NCBI RefSeq assembly: GCF_033153115.1 | Contig: NW_026889750.1 | Span: 10,168,001-10,232,000, forward strand | Direction of reading: 5' to 3' | DNA length: 64,000 bases | Source: Saccostrea echinata | Taxonomy: Eukaryota | Part shown: in pieces, positions 40,971 to 53,109 of the stretch | How positions within the stretch are numbered: position 1 is the first letter of the stretch | How the letters are laid out: each line of letters opens with the position of its first letter | Program-made: the position numbers and the translations under genes | Notes under the pieces: generated by a model | The model's database searches: none | The model's input: only the letters and a program-made list of their open reading frames with translations | Told to the model about the DNA's origin: nothing

Positions 40971-41911
40971 ATTGTTTTTCTTGAGTTGTTGATGGAGTTT
41001 AGATCATGTTACACCCATCATTAGTGAATATTGAGCATTTCTCAGCATTTTTTCAGCATTTAAAATGTATTCCAAATGTACTCATGGTTACCACTTACTT
41101 AGAGATATATTCTGAATAGTTTATTTATAGCATAAGTGGCAACAAGGTGTCATCTTTTTGTGAGAATAGTTTGTTTATTTTTCTTAGTCTTTATCAAGGC
41201 TCAATAAAGATTCAAAGTAACAGAAAATCCCAATCTTCAAGCTTTTCTGGCTGTTACCATGGTAACCAAGACACTTAGCAACCAAATATTATTTGATATA
41301 TGGTGCTGAGGTCAAGTTGTAATGAAGGGCAAAGTTTCATCAAAATCAGCAAAGAAGTTTAAGTCGTTACAGAGAATAGCTCTTTAATTCTATAGATGTA
41401 CGTGTATATATTCAGAGTTCTAGGTAGATCTAAAAATAATAGTAGCTTGCTCAGTGTAAAAATAAATCTATTGATACCAATTAAGACAACAAAATTGTAA
41501 ATGGATCCTTTGTTTTGTCACCTTTTCAGATCAACTCACCCTATCAAAAAATTGGGCCAAAAAGGGTGTTGGGGGTTGGGGTGTATGTGAAAAAAAAGAG
41601 TGACAATGAAAAGTATAGATGACTTGGACTCTCACTGTATTACTGTAGTTTATATTTGGACAGAAAAAAACAAACTGTAACCAAAATATCCTACCAGGAG
41701 TCAAATTGGTTAGATCAAAGAACCATCCTCTTTAAAATCTTTCAGAAACATCCTTTGTAGTGTTAAATCCAGTATACAAAAGCATGCTGTTATATCCTAA
41801 ACATACAAAGAAAAATAGTAAATAATGCATGTTGCATGTTTTTGTATATGTTTGTGGTCATTACTGGACTCCAGGAATTACAATTTTCATTCAGATGTTT
41901 TGCACCAAGCA

Positions 41912-42700
41912 TTTTTTTAAGCTCGCCTGAGCTATAGGTTCTAATGAGTTTTTTTTCTGATCACCCATTGTCCGGCACTTCTCCATTTGTCCATCTGTAA
42001 ACTTTACACATTTTCAACTTCTTCTATTGGCCCACTGGGCCAATCTACAGCAAACTTGGCACATAGCATCCTTGGGTAAGGGAGATTCAAAGTCATTCAA
42101 ATTTAAGGTCATGCCTCTTCTATAGTGGGAGATGATGAAGAAAAGGCAAAAAAGGTGTGGTCATTTGATTTTTTCAAGAAGTACTGGACACGAAAATGTA
42201 TGCTCCCTAAAATACTAGTAGTGTGAATTTATGATTGTTCAAAGCAACACCCCCCCCCCCCCCCAGTAGGGTGGGAAGGCAATAAAAAATATTACATGAG
42301 AATGCATTTTGAAAAATCTTAAAATATCTTCTCAAGAACAACTAGACTGTGCTAAGTCAGGTTAACATGCAAGTATTCCAATGTAGCCTAGATTCAAAGT
42401 TCAAATCATAGCCCCTTGGGCTAGGGTGGGCTAAAACAGAACTTTAAATTTTTTTCATGAAAACATCCATTTCAAGGGTAGCTGGGCCACGCTGAATGAT
42501 ATTAATGTGCAAACATTTCCATTTTTTGGGTGGGATGGGATGGGTGGGTTCAAGTTCATCAAATTATGGACCTTGGGGTTAGTGTGGAACGAAAATAGGA
42601 TATCAGATTTAACGTGCACAGGAAAAAAAGTTATACAAAACAGCAAGGACAGGTTAGTAATATTGATATTGAAGCTTGTCTACATGTGGGTTTATGAGTT
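41912..42700 (+). mobile_element. Degenerate, 3'-truncated HINE
   Basis: T-run + AGCTCGCCTGAGC head, TCTGATCAC, decayed GTCC repeat, satellite-like monomers related to 50764-52003; right end approximate. Confidence 0.6.
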
Positions 42701-44089
42701 CATCTTGAATATAGAGAAAAATTTCATATACCCGCAGGAAATATTAATTAAATGATTTTATGTGAACTCAGTATTTTAGATATATAGATGATAAATAGAA
42801 TACAAGTACTACTTATATACTATATCATATATATTAGCAGCCAAAATCTTGGTTGGTGGGGTGGTATGGGGGGTGGGGGTGGGGGTAAGCAGTGATACAT
42901 ATTGGGAGGGGGCAAATTTTCCTTTATTTAATTAATTTATCTTTAAGCATAATTTATGAAAGTAATATATTTTCAACCAGATTTAATCAGGAACAATCTT
43001 TTTTTTTTACGTATTCAATAGGTATACTTCTTTATAAACAAAGAAATAATGAATTCAACAGATTTGTTATTCGTTAAAACGAATTCAAAAAATTGATGTA
43101 ACGAATTTAATTCGTTTTAACAATTTTGACAATTCGTTAATATTTTTGATATGTCCTAATTGGGCTTCCGTAGAAATCCATTTGAACAGAATTAAAATGA
43201 TATGGCTCGCAATTAAATTGCATATGTACATGTGTTTGGCAACTAATGTGATTAAGGGTTGTATACAGCTTATCAAGATTAACTTAGAATCTTTTTTTCC
43301 CCACATGCATAACTTTCTGTTTCAATTTTTTTGGCAATGTTGTTATCATTAGATTCCCATTACCCCCTAATTTCCACATCTCGTGAATTTACTTTTTCAA
43401 TAATTTAGTTTTCTTGTAATTGAACCGCTGTCAGCATTTTGACAAGGTTTCTGGGAAAATGTGATTGGGGGAAAGGTTTGGGAGTTGCACCACCTCATTT
43501 AGCCATTTTGTTTTAATTTAAATAAACGTGAGTTTGATTTTATTCGATTCTAGTACATTCTGAAAACGGTTTTCCCAGGTATTGATAAACAAAATCTAGC
43601 AGCAAACAAATTCATAATAACAAATTTATTTTGTTTCAAATATATATTTTCGAGTTTATAGAAAAGGGGTGTAATTGCACTCCATCCTTCTTTTCGAGGG
43701 TCTGTCGGTTTGCAGGTTTCGAAAAAACACGCCTTTGAAGAAAAAATGAACATATCTGAAAATTATTAATGACGTTATATGAAATGCAGTTTTGCCACCA
43801 CGATTTGTTTTGAATGTACACTTATAAACTCGTTTTAAACAACGTCATTATCGCTGATTATTGGATATGATGAGATCGTGCATGAAATGTCCCCACTTCG
43901 TTATTGGAATATTAAAATAACATTTTAAAAGTAACACATTTTTTCTCTTTGGATAAAGACTTTTTTAGCTTCTGATCCTATAAACAATAAATAATTTTAA
44001 ATACCAAGAGTTTTTGTACCATTTTCTTAGAATTGACCGAATTGTTCAAGATAGGAAATGGAAAAAATGTTTAAAAGTTTTGCAGTTGG

Positions 44090-44298
44090 ACACGCACCTA
44101 CCATAACTACATGCACGACAATTCTATGCGCGAGATGACAATTTCGTGATCTGGGAAATTGATTGGTCAATCAACATATTTCTTCATCCAATCAAATATT
44201 TTGTTACCGTAGGGGTAAACTCGTGGATTACTTCCGGTTTCATTTTCTACCGAAAACTCCCCGATTAAATCTTGATTTCCTTATTTATTTAACAAAAA
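44090..44298 (+). promoter_or_regulatory. MTPN promoter / 5' UTR
   Basis: CpG-rich; CCAAT boxes (ATTGG 44162, CCAAT 44188) and ETS-type ACTTCCGGT at 44230 just upstream of the ATG. Confidence 0.55.
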
Positions 44299-44367
44299 AT
44301 GACGAGTTTTATATGGGATGTTAAAAACGGGCAGATAAACGATGTTCAGAAATTTGTGGAAGAAAAG
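44299..44367 (+). CDS. MTPN: Myotrophin (V-1) exon 1
   Basis: MTSFIWDVKNGQINDVQKFVEEK resembles the myotrophin N-terminus (FMWALKNGDLDEVK); AAG/gtaaca donor. Confidence 0.92.
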
Positions 44368-44692
44368 GTAACAATCATCAATGAAATCATTTCCTAAGTT
44401 GAAAGTGAGCATGATCTATATATTGAAAGTGCATACCAGCAAAGTTGCACATTATCGATATCCATTTTTGTCTCGCTCTAGCTGTACATGATCGTATACT
44501 TGTTTTCAAACAATTTACCTGTCCATAGTTAAAAATAAAACAGTCTCCCAGTAAAGGGTGTAAAACGGTGAACTGTACATGTGTAAAGGACTGAGGAATG
44601 GGGTGGGGCAGCAATATACCTGTAGAGTGTCTAGTGCAGTCTCAGGGGCTTGCTCCCGGAGTGTAAAAAAAAATCAAATAAGAAAATATTTA

Positions 44693-44697
<5 letters not shown>

Positions 44698-44752
<55 letters not shown>
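44698..44752. repeat. (AT)n microsatellite, ~27 units, MTPN intron 1
   Basis: direct reading. Confidence 0.95.
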
Positions 44753-44755
<3 letters not shown>

Positions 44756-45724
44756 CCGAACTACTAGCCTAAAACACACAAGGGGTGCCATCTTGGACCC
44801 CTTCCTTGTTTTTAACATTTGTTTTCACAATTTCCCTTTATTTTACCAACTCACTGCCTAATTTTAAGCAAGGATTCTCTGAAGACAATACGTTTGCATA
44901 TATCCCCTTGCAGCTTTTACAATGCACATTTCAGTTGAATAATAATCCAAACATGCTCTTGAGGACATTTCTTGTGGACAGAAAGTGAAAGTAACCTTGG
45001 AGTGTTACATTCCAGTATGGAATTGAAACACATTTTTTTTTCAGATTTATTAGGAATATTTTTATTATTGATATTTAAAAACTGCAAGGTTTTTAAATGT
45101 TTTTTTCACTTTTTGTCCTTGACAAATGTCCTAAAGAGCACATTTGCATTATTCTTCATTTAAGGTATCCATTGTAATTTTCGGTGACCTTTGGTGCGGT
45201 CTCAGTAGTTTCCGGAATGATATGTTTTTTCACTTCGAATCACTATCAAAGGTCAAAATACAAATACTTTTGTTTCAGTTGATAAAAACATGCACCCAGT
45301 TTTTTTGTGCCTGATTATGAGTGAAACGGTTCACCACAGTATTTCTTCTCGGTTTGATGCACAGTACAGAATCTCCATTTTTGGTTCAGTTCTTCTTTTG
45401 ATCAGGATTCTTAATCATTTGGCATTCATAAAACATGCTGCAAAGTATTATTAAATTTTTCTTTGTGGCCCTCACTTTAGACAACGATAATATTCCCCAT
45501 ATATTTGCTGATAGTGTTGCAATAAAGAGCAAATCTGCTGGGGAAAGATTTAAAAATGAAGCCTTCAACTGAATGAAATGATATTATAGATGTCTTTTGA
45601 TTCATATGTACTCGGTGCCATTCTGAATTTATACTGCTATTTATACTGCTGGAGAAGTCTTTTATTCAATAAGTCAACACATTCAATTATATTTTCAATG
45701 ATAATTGTAAATGATCTGTTTTAG

Positions 45725-45838
45725 GGTGCTGATGTAGTAAACAAAGAGGTGGAGGGCAGGTTCCCTCTACACTTTGCTGCAGACTATGGACAGTCACAAG
45801 TTATTGAATACCTTGTCAGCAAAGGAGCCAATATTAAT
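45725..45838 (+). CDS. MTPN: Myotrophin exon 2 (ankyrin repeat)
   Basis: GADVVNKEVEGRFPLHFAADYGQSQVIEYLVSKGANIN; ttttag / gtgggt, phase 0. Confidence 0.95.
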
Positions 45839-46199
45839 GTGGGTATATTTTTTCAATGTTATGTTATTAGAAATACAGTGTCAAAAAGTTTTCCTTGGCC
45901 TTATCCAGTTTTAGATAACAAGGTTTGACTGTTAGTATGTCATAATTTTTATCTAAGGATTGTACAAAATCAAAAATTTGTAGAATTATCAGTAAACAAA
46001 AAAAAAAACATTTAATAATATCTTAACCATATTGTGTACCAATTTTACATTCAACATTCAAAAACCTACAAGGTACAGAAAATTAGAATTAAGAGAGAGT
46101 GGCCTTGAAGAAGGTTTTATAAAAAGCATGGCTTATATTATGTATACAGATTACACTGTTACAGTACATGCAATACAATAATCTGTTTGTACTCAACAG

Positions 46200-46283
46200 C
46201 AAAAAGACAAACACAACATAACTCCATTGCTGGCAGCAGTATGGGAGGGCCATGTATCCAGTGTAGAGACTTTACTTAAACTA
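46200..46283 (+). CDS. MTPN: Myotrophin exon 3 (ankyrin repeat)
   Basis: QKDKHNITPLLAAVWEGHVSSVETLLKL; caacag / gtaagt. Confidence 0.95.
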
Positions 46284-46864
46284 GTAAGTGCTCTCAAACC
46301 TAGAGATTTAAGTGATAAACATTCATGAAAATGTTTAATTTTTTTTTATCTGAAATAATCATCACCATTAATTTATATATCTTCTGCATACTTACAAATC
46401 TGACTTTACAGTTGAAGCCTGATTAAAAAAATTGATATAGAAAATATTTTGCATTTTGTAAAATTAATTAAAAAGCATCCTTATCAAAGTATAGATGTAA
46501 CAGGTGTGGTTGATTTCCCTATATGAAAGTTCAAAATAATAACCATAATAATTGAAAATTTCTATAAATATACTTCAGAAATTAGTAATTTTTTTTACCA
46601 ATCAGAAAGCAGCATTTTTGACACCCACAATTAGACATAAAGGAAAAGAAAGAGAATATTTGGTTCTATATACAAAATGTATACTAACAGACTTTTTTTA
46701 AGACACAAAATAGCACCAGGAATATACTCTCAGACGGAAAAATTTGTAGCATTTGTAGTACATTTCCTACCAAAGTTCAATTATTGGGGTTTCAACCTCA
46801 GAGATTTTTATTCTGTTAAACTTTCTAGTAATGCTTGATATAAGTAGAATTGTTGCTAAACTGT

Positions 46865-46868
46865 TTTG

Positions 46869-46908
<40 letters not shown>

Positions 46909-47200
46909 ATGCCCTCTTCCAAGGGGAGATAATTACAAATTAGTGAAAAATTAATAGCATTTTTTAAAAATCTTCTTCTCATGAACCACTGGGCCAGGAA
47001 AGATGAAACTCATGTGTAATCATCCTCAGGTAGTGTAGAATTAAGGTTGTTCAAATCATGAACCCCGGGGGTAGGGTGGGGCCACAATGGGTGATCAAAG
47101 TTTTACATAGGAATATATAGGAAAAATCTTTAAAAATCTTCTTCTCAAGAACAACAATGTCATGATTGGTTATATTTATATGGAAGCATATACATGTATT
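46865..47200 (+). mobile_element. Internal HINE/satellite fragment in MTPN intron 3
   Basis: Reverse-complement similarity to 51500-51860 (TTGGGTGAAGGGAATTCAAGTTTGTTCAAATGAAGGGCCA...); ends approximate. Confidence 0.7.
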
Positions 47201-47304
47201 GCATAAAATTGTTTTCAGATGGTACATTTAGTCCTTAGAGCTTATGGAATGAACATTTAGGTGTAGACTCTCTCTTTTTCTCTGACTTAAAGGTGAACAC
47301 TACT

Positions 47305-47968
47305 TATATAATAGTGTTGTACTTTGCATGCACTATGCCTAAATAGTAGTCAGAGTTTGACACATGGTGCACGAGCCGGAGGTGAGTGCACTATGTGTCA
47401 AACCCTGACTACTATTTAGGCATAGTGCATGCAAAGTACAACACTATTGTTATTATTATGCTGACGGTTGTATAAAAACGACAATATTTTCTCCCTTTCC
47501 AATGTTTCATCACCTCTTACATTCATGTTAGTACACCCCTATTATGACGTCACGTTGTGCTACATGTACGTCATAATCTTTTGTCTTTAATATTTTGAAT
47601 GTTCCATGTACAGATAGTTGAGAAATTTAGTTGTGTGAAGGGTAAAAAATTGCAAGATACTATTTTATAAAAATTATTTTGTTTATTTTTTTTTCTTGTA
47701 GTGTAAAATCTTTAAAACTAAGTTTATATATATTATAATACAGTGTTATAGATAACGGCGTCTGTAGCGTAATCGGTAGCACGTCAGACTGATAATCTTG
47801 GGATCGTGAGTTCGATCCCCGGCGTGGGCGCTGTCGGATTTTCTTCAGAAAAAGAAGCCGTGCTCTATTTCGGCATAGTATGCTTACGCTATATAAATCC
47901 TTAGACCACTATGCGAAAATAGTTGGGTATTGACTATGTAGAGACAAACTGACAGGAAGCATAATAAT
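47305..47968. mobile_element. 664-bp hairpin-terminated non-autonomous element carrying a tRNA-like cassette
   Basis: Removing it restores the host TIR; 63-bp inverted arms 47310-47372 / 47386-47448; no clear TSD. Confidence 0.72.
47758..47832 (+). pseudogene. tRNA-derived sequence (elongator tRNA-Met-like body, anticodon position GAT); probably not a functional tRNA
   Basis: A box TAGCGTAATCGG, B box GAGTTCGATCC, anticodon loop CTGATAA, acceptor stem GCGTCTG/TGGGCGC (4 WC + 3 GU), broken T stem (GTGAG vs CCCGG), TTTT at 47839. Confidence 0.7.
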
Positions 47969-48903
47969 CATAAATAGGCACCGTCACACAGGTATATTAA
48001 CCAATTTCGTTACACCGGATTGCACACTTGAAACTTGTGACCGACGTGTAGTATGCCTTTCATGGTCTTAGATTTTGTGCGTTTATTCCTTGTTTTTATG
48101 TGAATTTTCTGTTTCTAAATAATGTAATGACTTGTATATTTGATGTTACTTTTCTACTGGCTTAGAAAAAGTGTGTAAAATTCGATACTGGTAATTTCAT
48201 TGCGACCGAGTAACATGGCAATGTAAGATGTACGTCTATACTCGTCAGACCTCTACAGTGAATACCTTGAACTGTTAAGAGGTCTGCAGCTTATATAGGG
48301 GTTGTAGGGGATAGTGGTGATGAACGAGTAATATGGCGAACAATGCCTTTTATGAGTGGTGTTCAGCTTTAAAAAAGACCTCCTCTGATTGAGGACAAAA
48401 GGTGAAAGGTCAAGGTCACAAATTCATATGATATTCAATGGTACACTGTAGTATCCTTACCTTTTGAAATTTTATCATAAATTCCTATGGTTTAGAGAAG
48501 ACCCCGTATTTATTGTGAGGTTCAAAGGTCAAAGACCAAGGTCAGACATTCATATAATAGTAAAAATAGTTTCCAGATGAAAACTTAAGTTTCTCTTTCC
48601 AAGCTTTTGCAGTGAAACTTATACTGATGACTCTCTCTACCTTAAGAAAGTTCATACATGTATATGACAAAAAATGGTTACCTGATTCACTTCAATTCTC
48701 ATTACTGTCAGTAACTAAAGGATGACCGCTATTAATTTTGAGGTGAAAGGGTCAAAGGTCAAGGTCACAAACTGTTATATTGTTACAAAATGTGTCTGGG
48801 TTATATCTCAAATAGACATGTGTCCTTAAGCAAGGGACATAAATTCCCTGAATTTTTTTATTTGCCTTCCATAATTTTGACTCAAGTCGCATTGATTTTA
48901 CAG

Positions 48904-48990
48904 GGTGCTGATAAAACTGTTACATCACCAGATGGACAGTCTTTAATAGAATGTGCAGAAAAAGAGGATGTGAAAGCATTACTGAAGTAA
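48904..48990 (+). CDS. MTPN: Myotrophin exon 4 (stop)
   Basis: GADKTVTSPDGQSLIECAEKEDVKALLK*; ttacag acceptor; joined protein 117 aa. Confidence 0.95.
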   Translation, partial: GADKTVTSPDGQSLIECAEKEDVKALLK

Positions 48991-50407
48991 ACACAGCCAC
49001 TAGAACATAGAACCATTGTGTAGCTGCAGGATGTCTAAAACTGGATATCATGGATCAAACTAACTACAACATTTTATAGATTTTTTTTTTTACTTTATTA
49101 AACATATTTTACGGCATATGTTATATATATGTAATAATTGATGAATTACGGATTATATTTCAAGATGGAGTTTCTTTATAAGCTCAGTGTATTTTTTTTT
49201 TTACAGAAAATTAATGTTATTGATTTATCTACCAACTTCATTGAAACTGTTTTCTGTGTTTGTATAATTCTTTATGTGCTTTGTGTTCAAGAAAAGATAA
49301 CGTACACACCTTAAAAAAAAAATGAATAATTAAAAATTGATGTTATCAAAGACTTCCTCTTTCAAGATCCTTATAATTTATCAGATTTATATACAACTAT
49401 ATACATGTACTAAATCTTAAAAAATAAATGGATGCTCACTATATCAAGACTGTTTCATCTGTCTCTGAAATTTATTATGTATTGATATTGAAATGCAGTA
49501 TTATATTTAGCTTACATAATTACATGTAGCTAACATTCTGGAAATTTATTTTGAAAATCAGGTAATCTCTCGGTTTTGGCATAAGACCAGCATGCTACAC
49601 TTCTATAGCCATGGAATGTGCTATATGCATGTATATATTGCTATAAAAAGTCCCAAAATGGACATTTGTGTATCTTTTCTTTTGACTTTTGTATTGAATT
49701 TGTTAAAAAGTGAAGGTACTTGAGTGCAATAAAGATTGGAAAGTGATTTTTCTTCAGGTGGTGCCATTACAATATCCAATTTGAGTGACATATCATTTAC
49801 AGATTAGAATGTTTATTAACAGGAAGTAACTAAGACTTCAAAATATTTTTTCTTTGTGTTTTAAATCAATTACATGTAGTAAAAAAATATAATTTGATCA
49901 AATTGCAAAGAAAAAAATTGACAGATAAAATGTTAGAAGTACATGAACAGTATATATACATAAATGAATGTGTCAATGTTGATGAAAAAGTATGTTGGTG
50001 CACTAATTCTTTTGTATATTCTGCTTGGTACACCATGTAGGAACGTAGTGGAAATCTTTGGATTAGAACACAAACTGAATTTCACACATACTGCACCACT
50101 TTATGAAGGCATATTCTTGATGAATGTGTGTTTAATCACTTGCATGCTAATAAAAAAATGAAACAAAAATACTTTTGTTTTAATTGTAGATTTCTTTACA
50201 AGGAAATTATTTTGTTATGTAAAGGACATAAAATGCCCTTCTGACATGCCTTTAGAAGCCAACAATACTTGGTTGTTTAAAAGGACATGAAAATTTCAAA
50301 ACTTCTGGCAGCTGAGAACAAATCTACATGAAGAGCAACAATAAACTATAATACTCAGGCATACTCAGATTGAATTTCGCTGCATGTTTGCAAACGGGAT
50401 TGCAATA

Positions 50408-50564
50408 CTGTAAAACGCTTATAATGAATTGATGCTTATAGCAAAGTGGTTTTCATTCCCCATAGCTTTAAATCATACTGTGAACTTAACAGATAAAACA
50501 AATAATGTTTATAACGAAGCAAAATTGGCTGTCCCTGGCACTTCATTATAAGTGTGTTTTACTG
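50408..50564. mobile_element. 157-bp TA-flanked MITE (mariner/pogo-like)
   Basis: CTGTAAAACGCTTATAATGAA vs TTCATTATAAGTGTGTTTTACTG imperfect TIRs; TA on both sides. Confidence 0.65.
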
Positions 50565-50763
50565 TATAGCCAGATGCACTGCCTCTCTGTAAAAGCACTT
50601 GGCAAAAGGTCTATCAATGATTATTTTTTCTGTTCATTCTGCATAATTATATATATCCCCTTCTAAAGAGACATATATTCCTTTGATCTTCTGTTTGAGC
50701 AAGTTATACCTTTATGAATTTGTTCCTATATAAATCCATACTAAAAAAAAGTCTAACAATTCC

Positions 50764-50798
<35 letters not shown>

Positions 50799-51819
50799 CA
50801 CATTGGCTAGGAAAAAAAGCAAAAATCGCTTCAGTAGTGAAAAGTTTACATGGGGGGGGGGGGCTTGAATTTTAAACTACCTGATGATGCTTTCATATCA
50901 ATATAACAAATGGCTTTGCTGTTCTTGAGCAGAAGATTTTTTTTTCCCATATATATTCATTTGTAAAAATTTGATCCCCCATTGTGGCCCCACCTACCCC
51001 CGGGGCCCTCATTTGAAGAAATTTGATTCTACACTACCCGAGGATACCTCCGTATCAGTTTCACTTATCATGGCTTTTCTGTTCTTGAAAAAGTTTTTTT
51101 TCCTATATACTCCTATGAAAAAGTTTTTTTTCCTATATACTCCTATCAAAAACTTTGATCACCCATTGTGGCCCCACCCTATCTCCGAGGGTCAAGACTT
51201 GAACAAATTTGAATCTACACTACCTGAGGATGCTTCCATTAAAATATGACCAAGCATGACTTTGCTTTTCTTGAGAAGAAGAGTTTTAAAGAATTTTCCT
51301 ATGTATTCCTATGCTAAACTTTGATCACCTGTTCTGGCCCCCACCCTACCCCCGGGGGGTCATGATTTGAACAAACTTGAATCTGCACTACCTGAAGATG
51401 CTTCTATAGAAATATGTCCAATCATGGCTTTGCTGTTCTTAAGAAGAAGATTTTTAAAGATATTTTCCTCTATATTTCTATGTAAAACTTTGATCCCCCA
51501 TTGTGGCCCCATCCTACCCCCTGGGGTCATGATTTGAACAAACTTGAATCTACACTACCTGAGGATGCTTCCATATAAATACGTTCAATCATGGCTTTGC
51601 TGTTCTTGAGGAGGAGATTTTTTTCTTATGTATTCCTATGTAAATTTTTTATCCATCATTTTGGCCCCACCCTACCCCTGGGGGTCATGATTTGAACAAA
51701 CTTGAATCTACACTACCTGAAGATGCTTTCATCTTTCCTGGCCCAGTGGTTCTTGAGAAGAACATTTTAAAATGATGCCATTATTTTTTCACCAATTCCT
51801 AATTATCTCCCTTTGAAAG

Positions 51820-51869
<50 letters not shown>

Positions 51870-52003
51870 ACTTTGTGGCAAGTTTGGTTGAAATTGGCCA
51901 AAGGTTCTTGAGAAGATGTTGAAAATGTGAAAAGTTTACAGACGGACGCCGGACAAAATGTGATCAGAAAAGCTCACTTGAGCCTTTGGCTCAAGTGAGC
52001 TAA
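50764..52003 (-). mobile_element. Helentron-type non-autonomous element (HINE) with ~158-167-bp satellite array
   Basis: AACAAGAGGCCCATGGGCC hairpin + GCTCACCTGAGC subTIR; other end ACAGACGGAC repeat and AGCTCACTTGAGCC-TTT-GGCTCAAGTGAGCT palindrome; monomers at 51361, 51528, 51686. Confidence 0.9.
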
Positions 52004-52233
52004 TAAAAAATTGATGTTTGACCGTGGAGTGAGATATTGAACCTGTCGATGAGATACTGGACCGCTTGTGTCACAAAATGGGTGGGATCAGCTAATTCAC
52101 CTGCATTCGTTGGTGTTCGACAGTGACGGAATTGACCGAGTTTAACCTCAGTGCTGGTAAAGGAAATTTACATGATGGAAGCCAGCACAAAATACATGAA
52201 TGTAAAAAAAAATAAAAAGTACAGTATAACAAA

Positions 52234-52348
52234 ACATTTATTGACTGTGTTCTCGGGCAAAATGCGTTTTGTGGACCCCTCGAACCAAACAGTTTGGTTC
52301 TTAGGTCTGACAAAACGCATATTGCCCTCGAACCAAGTCAATAAATGT
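52234..52348. repeat. 115-bp imperfect palindrome, probably the end of a hairpin-type element (CpG-rich body ~52010-52230)
   Basis: ACATTTATTGACT...GGGCAAAATGCGTTTTGT...GAACCAAAC-A-GTTTGGTTC...ACAAAACGCATATTGCCC...AGTCAATAAATGT. Confidence 0.8.
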
Positions 52349-53109
52349 ATATTGTCATTCATGGTTAGATGTTGGTAATGTAACTAAATCTGTTGTGGAG
52401 ATCAACACGATCTACTTTAACTTCTGACTTTAAAGTCATTACTGCTTTGGCAAACTAAGTTTGAAGACTAGAACTTTTGTAATATGCATTTTCCAAGGCT
52501 ATAAAATTCCTAATTTTTGTTGGGTCAGATTTTCGTGGTATAGGGAAAAGAAATTTAATTTCATGGGTAAAAAAAAACCCCAAGAAACCTTAATATAAAA
52601 TTTACATATTTCATGGGGAAGGGGGCATGAATTTGTGGGTTTCTTCGTACCTATGGATTCCATAGTATGGAAAGTACAGACATTAAATCCCCATAAAAAT
52701 TGGTGATTCCACAGCAGATGAAGATGGGTCTGTCAGGAAAAAAATTCTTGATGTTAAGAGGGCTGGGTGGTTGTGGCCATTTTCAGACTATATTAATCTC
52801 CTTTAGAAGAAGAGCTCCATATAAAGATATACAAAAATGATCAAATTTTAAAACTAAAATGTATGAAATTTTTGTTTGCCAAATGATAGTTGACAGCTTA
52901 AGATATTATATCTAAAAAATTAAGTTACATGTATATCTGATGGTTAATTTGTTGACCCCCCAGCCTCCTTAATATTTGCTGCATTCATGCTCATGATAAA
53001 TCTGCAAGTTTGAGAAATATATACATGTATAATATTGAGTGAACCACATAATGAAAGATGAATGAACAACACTTACCAGCTAAAATTTATTTAAGATGAG
53101 TATATAAAT

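Larger units (their letters stand above)
37846..41383. mobile_element. Kolobok-like non-autonomous DNA transposon interrupted by a HINE
   Basis: ~23-bp TIR AGAGC(C/T)ATTCTC(A/T)GTAA(T/C)GACTT at both ends; TTAA on the right, TTTA(A) on the left; superfamily inferred from TTAA plus AG terminus. Confidence 0.72.
47291..48368. mobile_element. Kolobok-like MITE with TTAA TSD; left TIR split by a younger insertion
   Basis: TTAA at 47287-90 and 48369-72; left AGGTGAACACTACT[insert]CATAAATAGGCA matches the reverse complement of the right end, AGCTGAACACCACTCATAAAAGGCA. Confidence 0.8.

Noticed and set aside
43050-43172. AATTCGTT-repeat tract ending GGGCTTCCGTA, possibly one end of a TAC-terminated transposon
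   Set aside because: Matching other end and TSD not found; cannot be delimited
47758-47832. Functional tRNA-Ile(GAT) gene
   Set aside because: T stem unpaired, anticodon stem partly broken, Met-like body, embedded in a repeat
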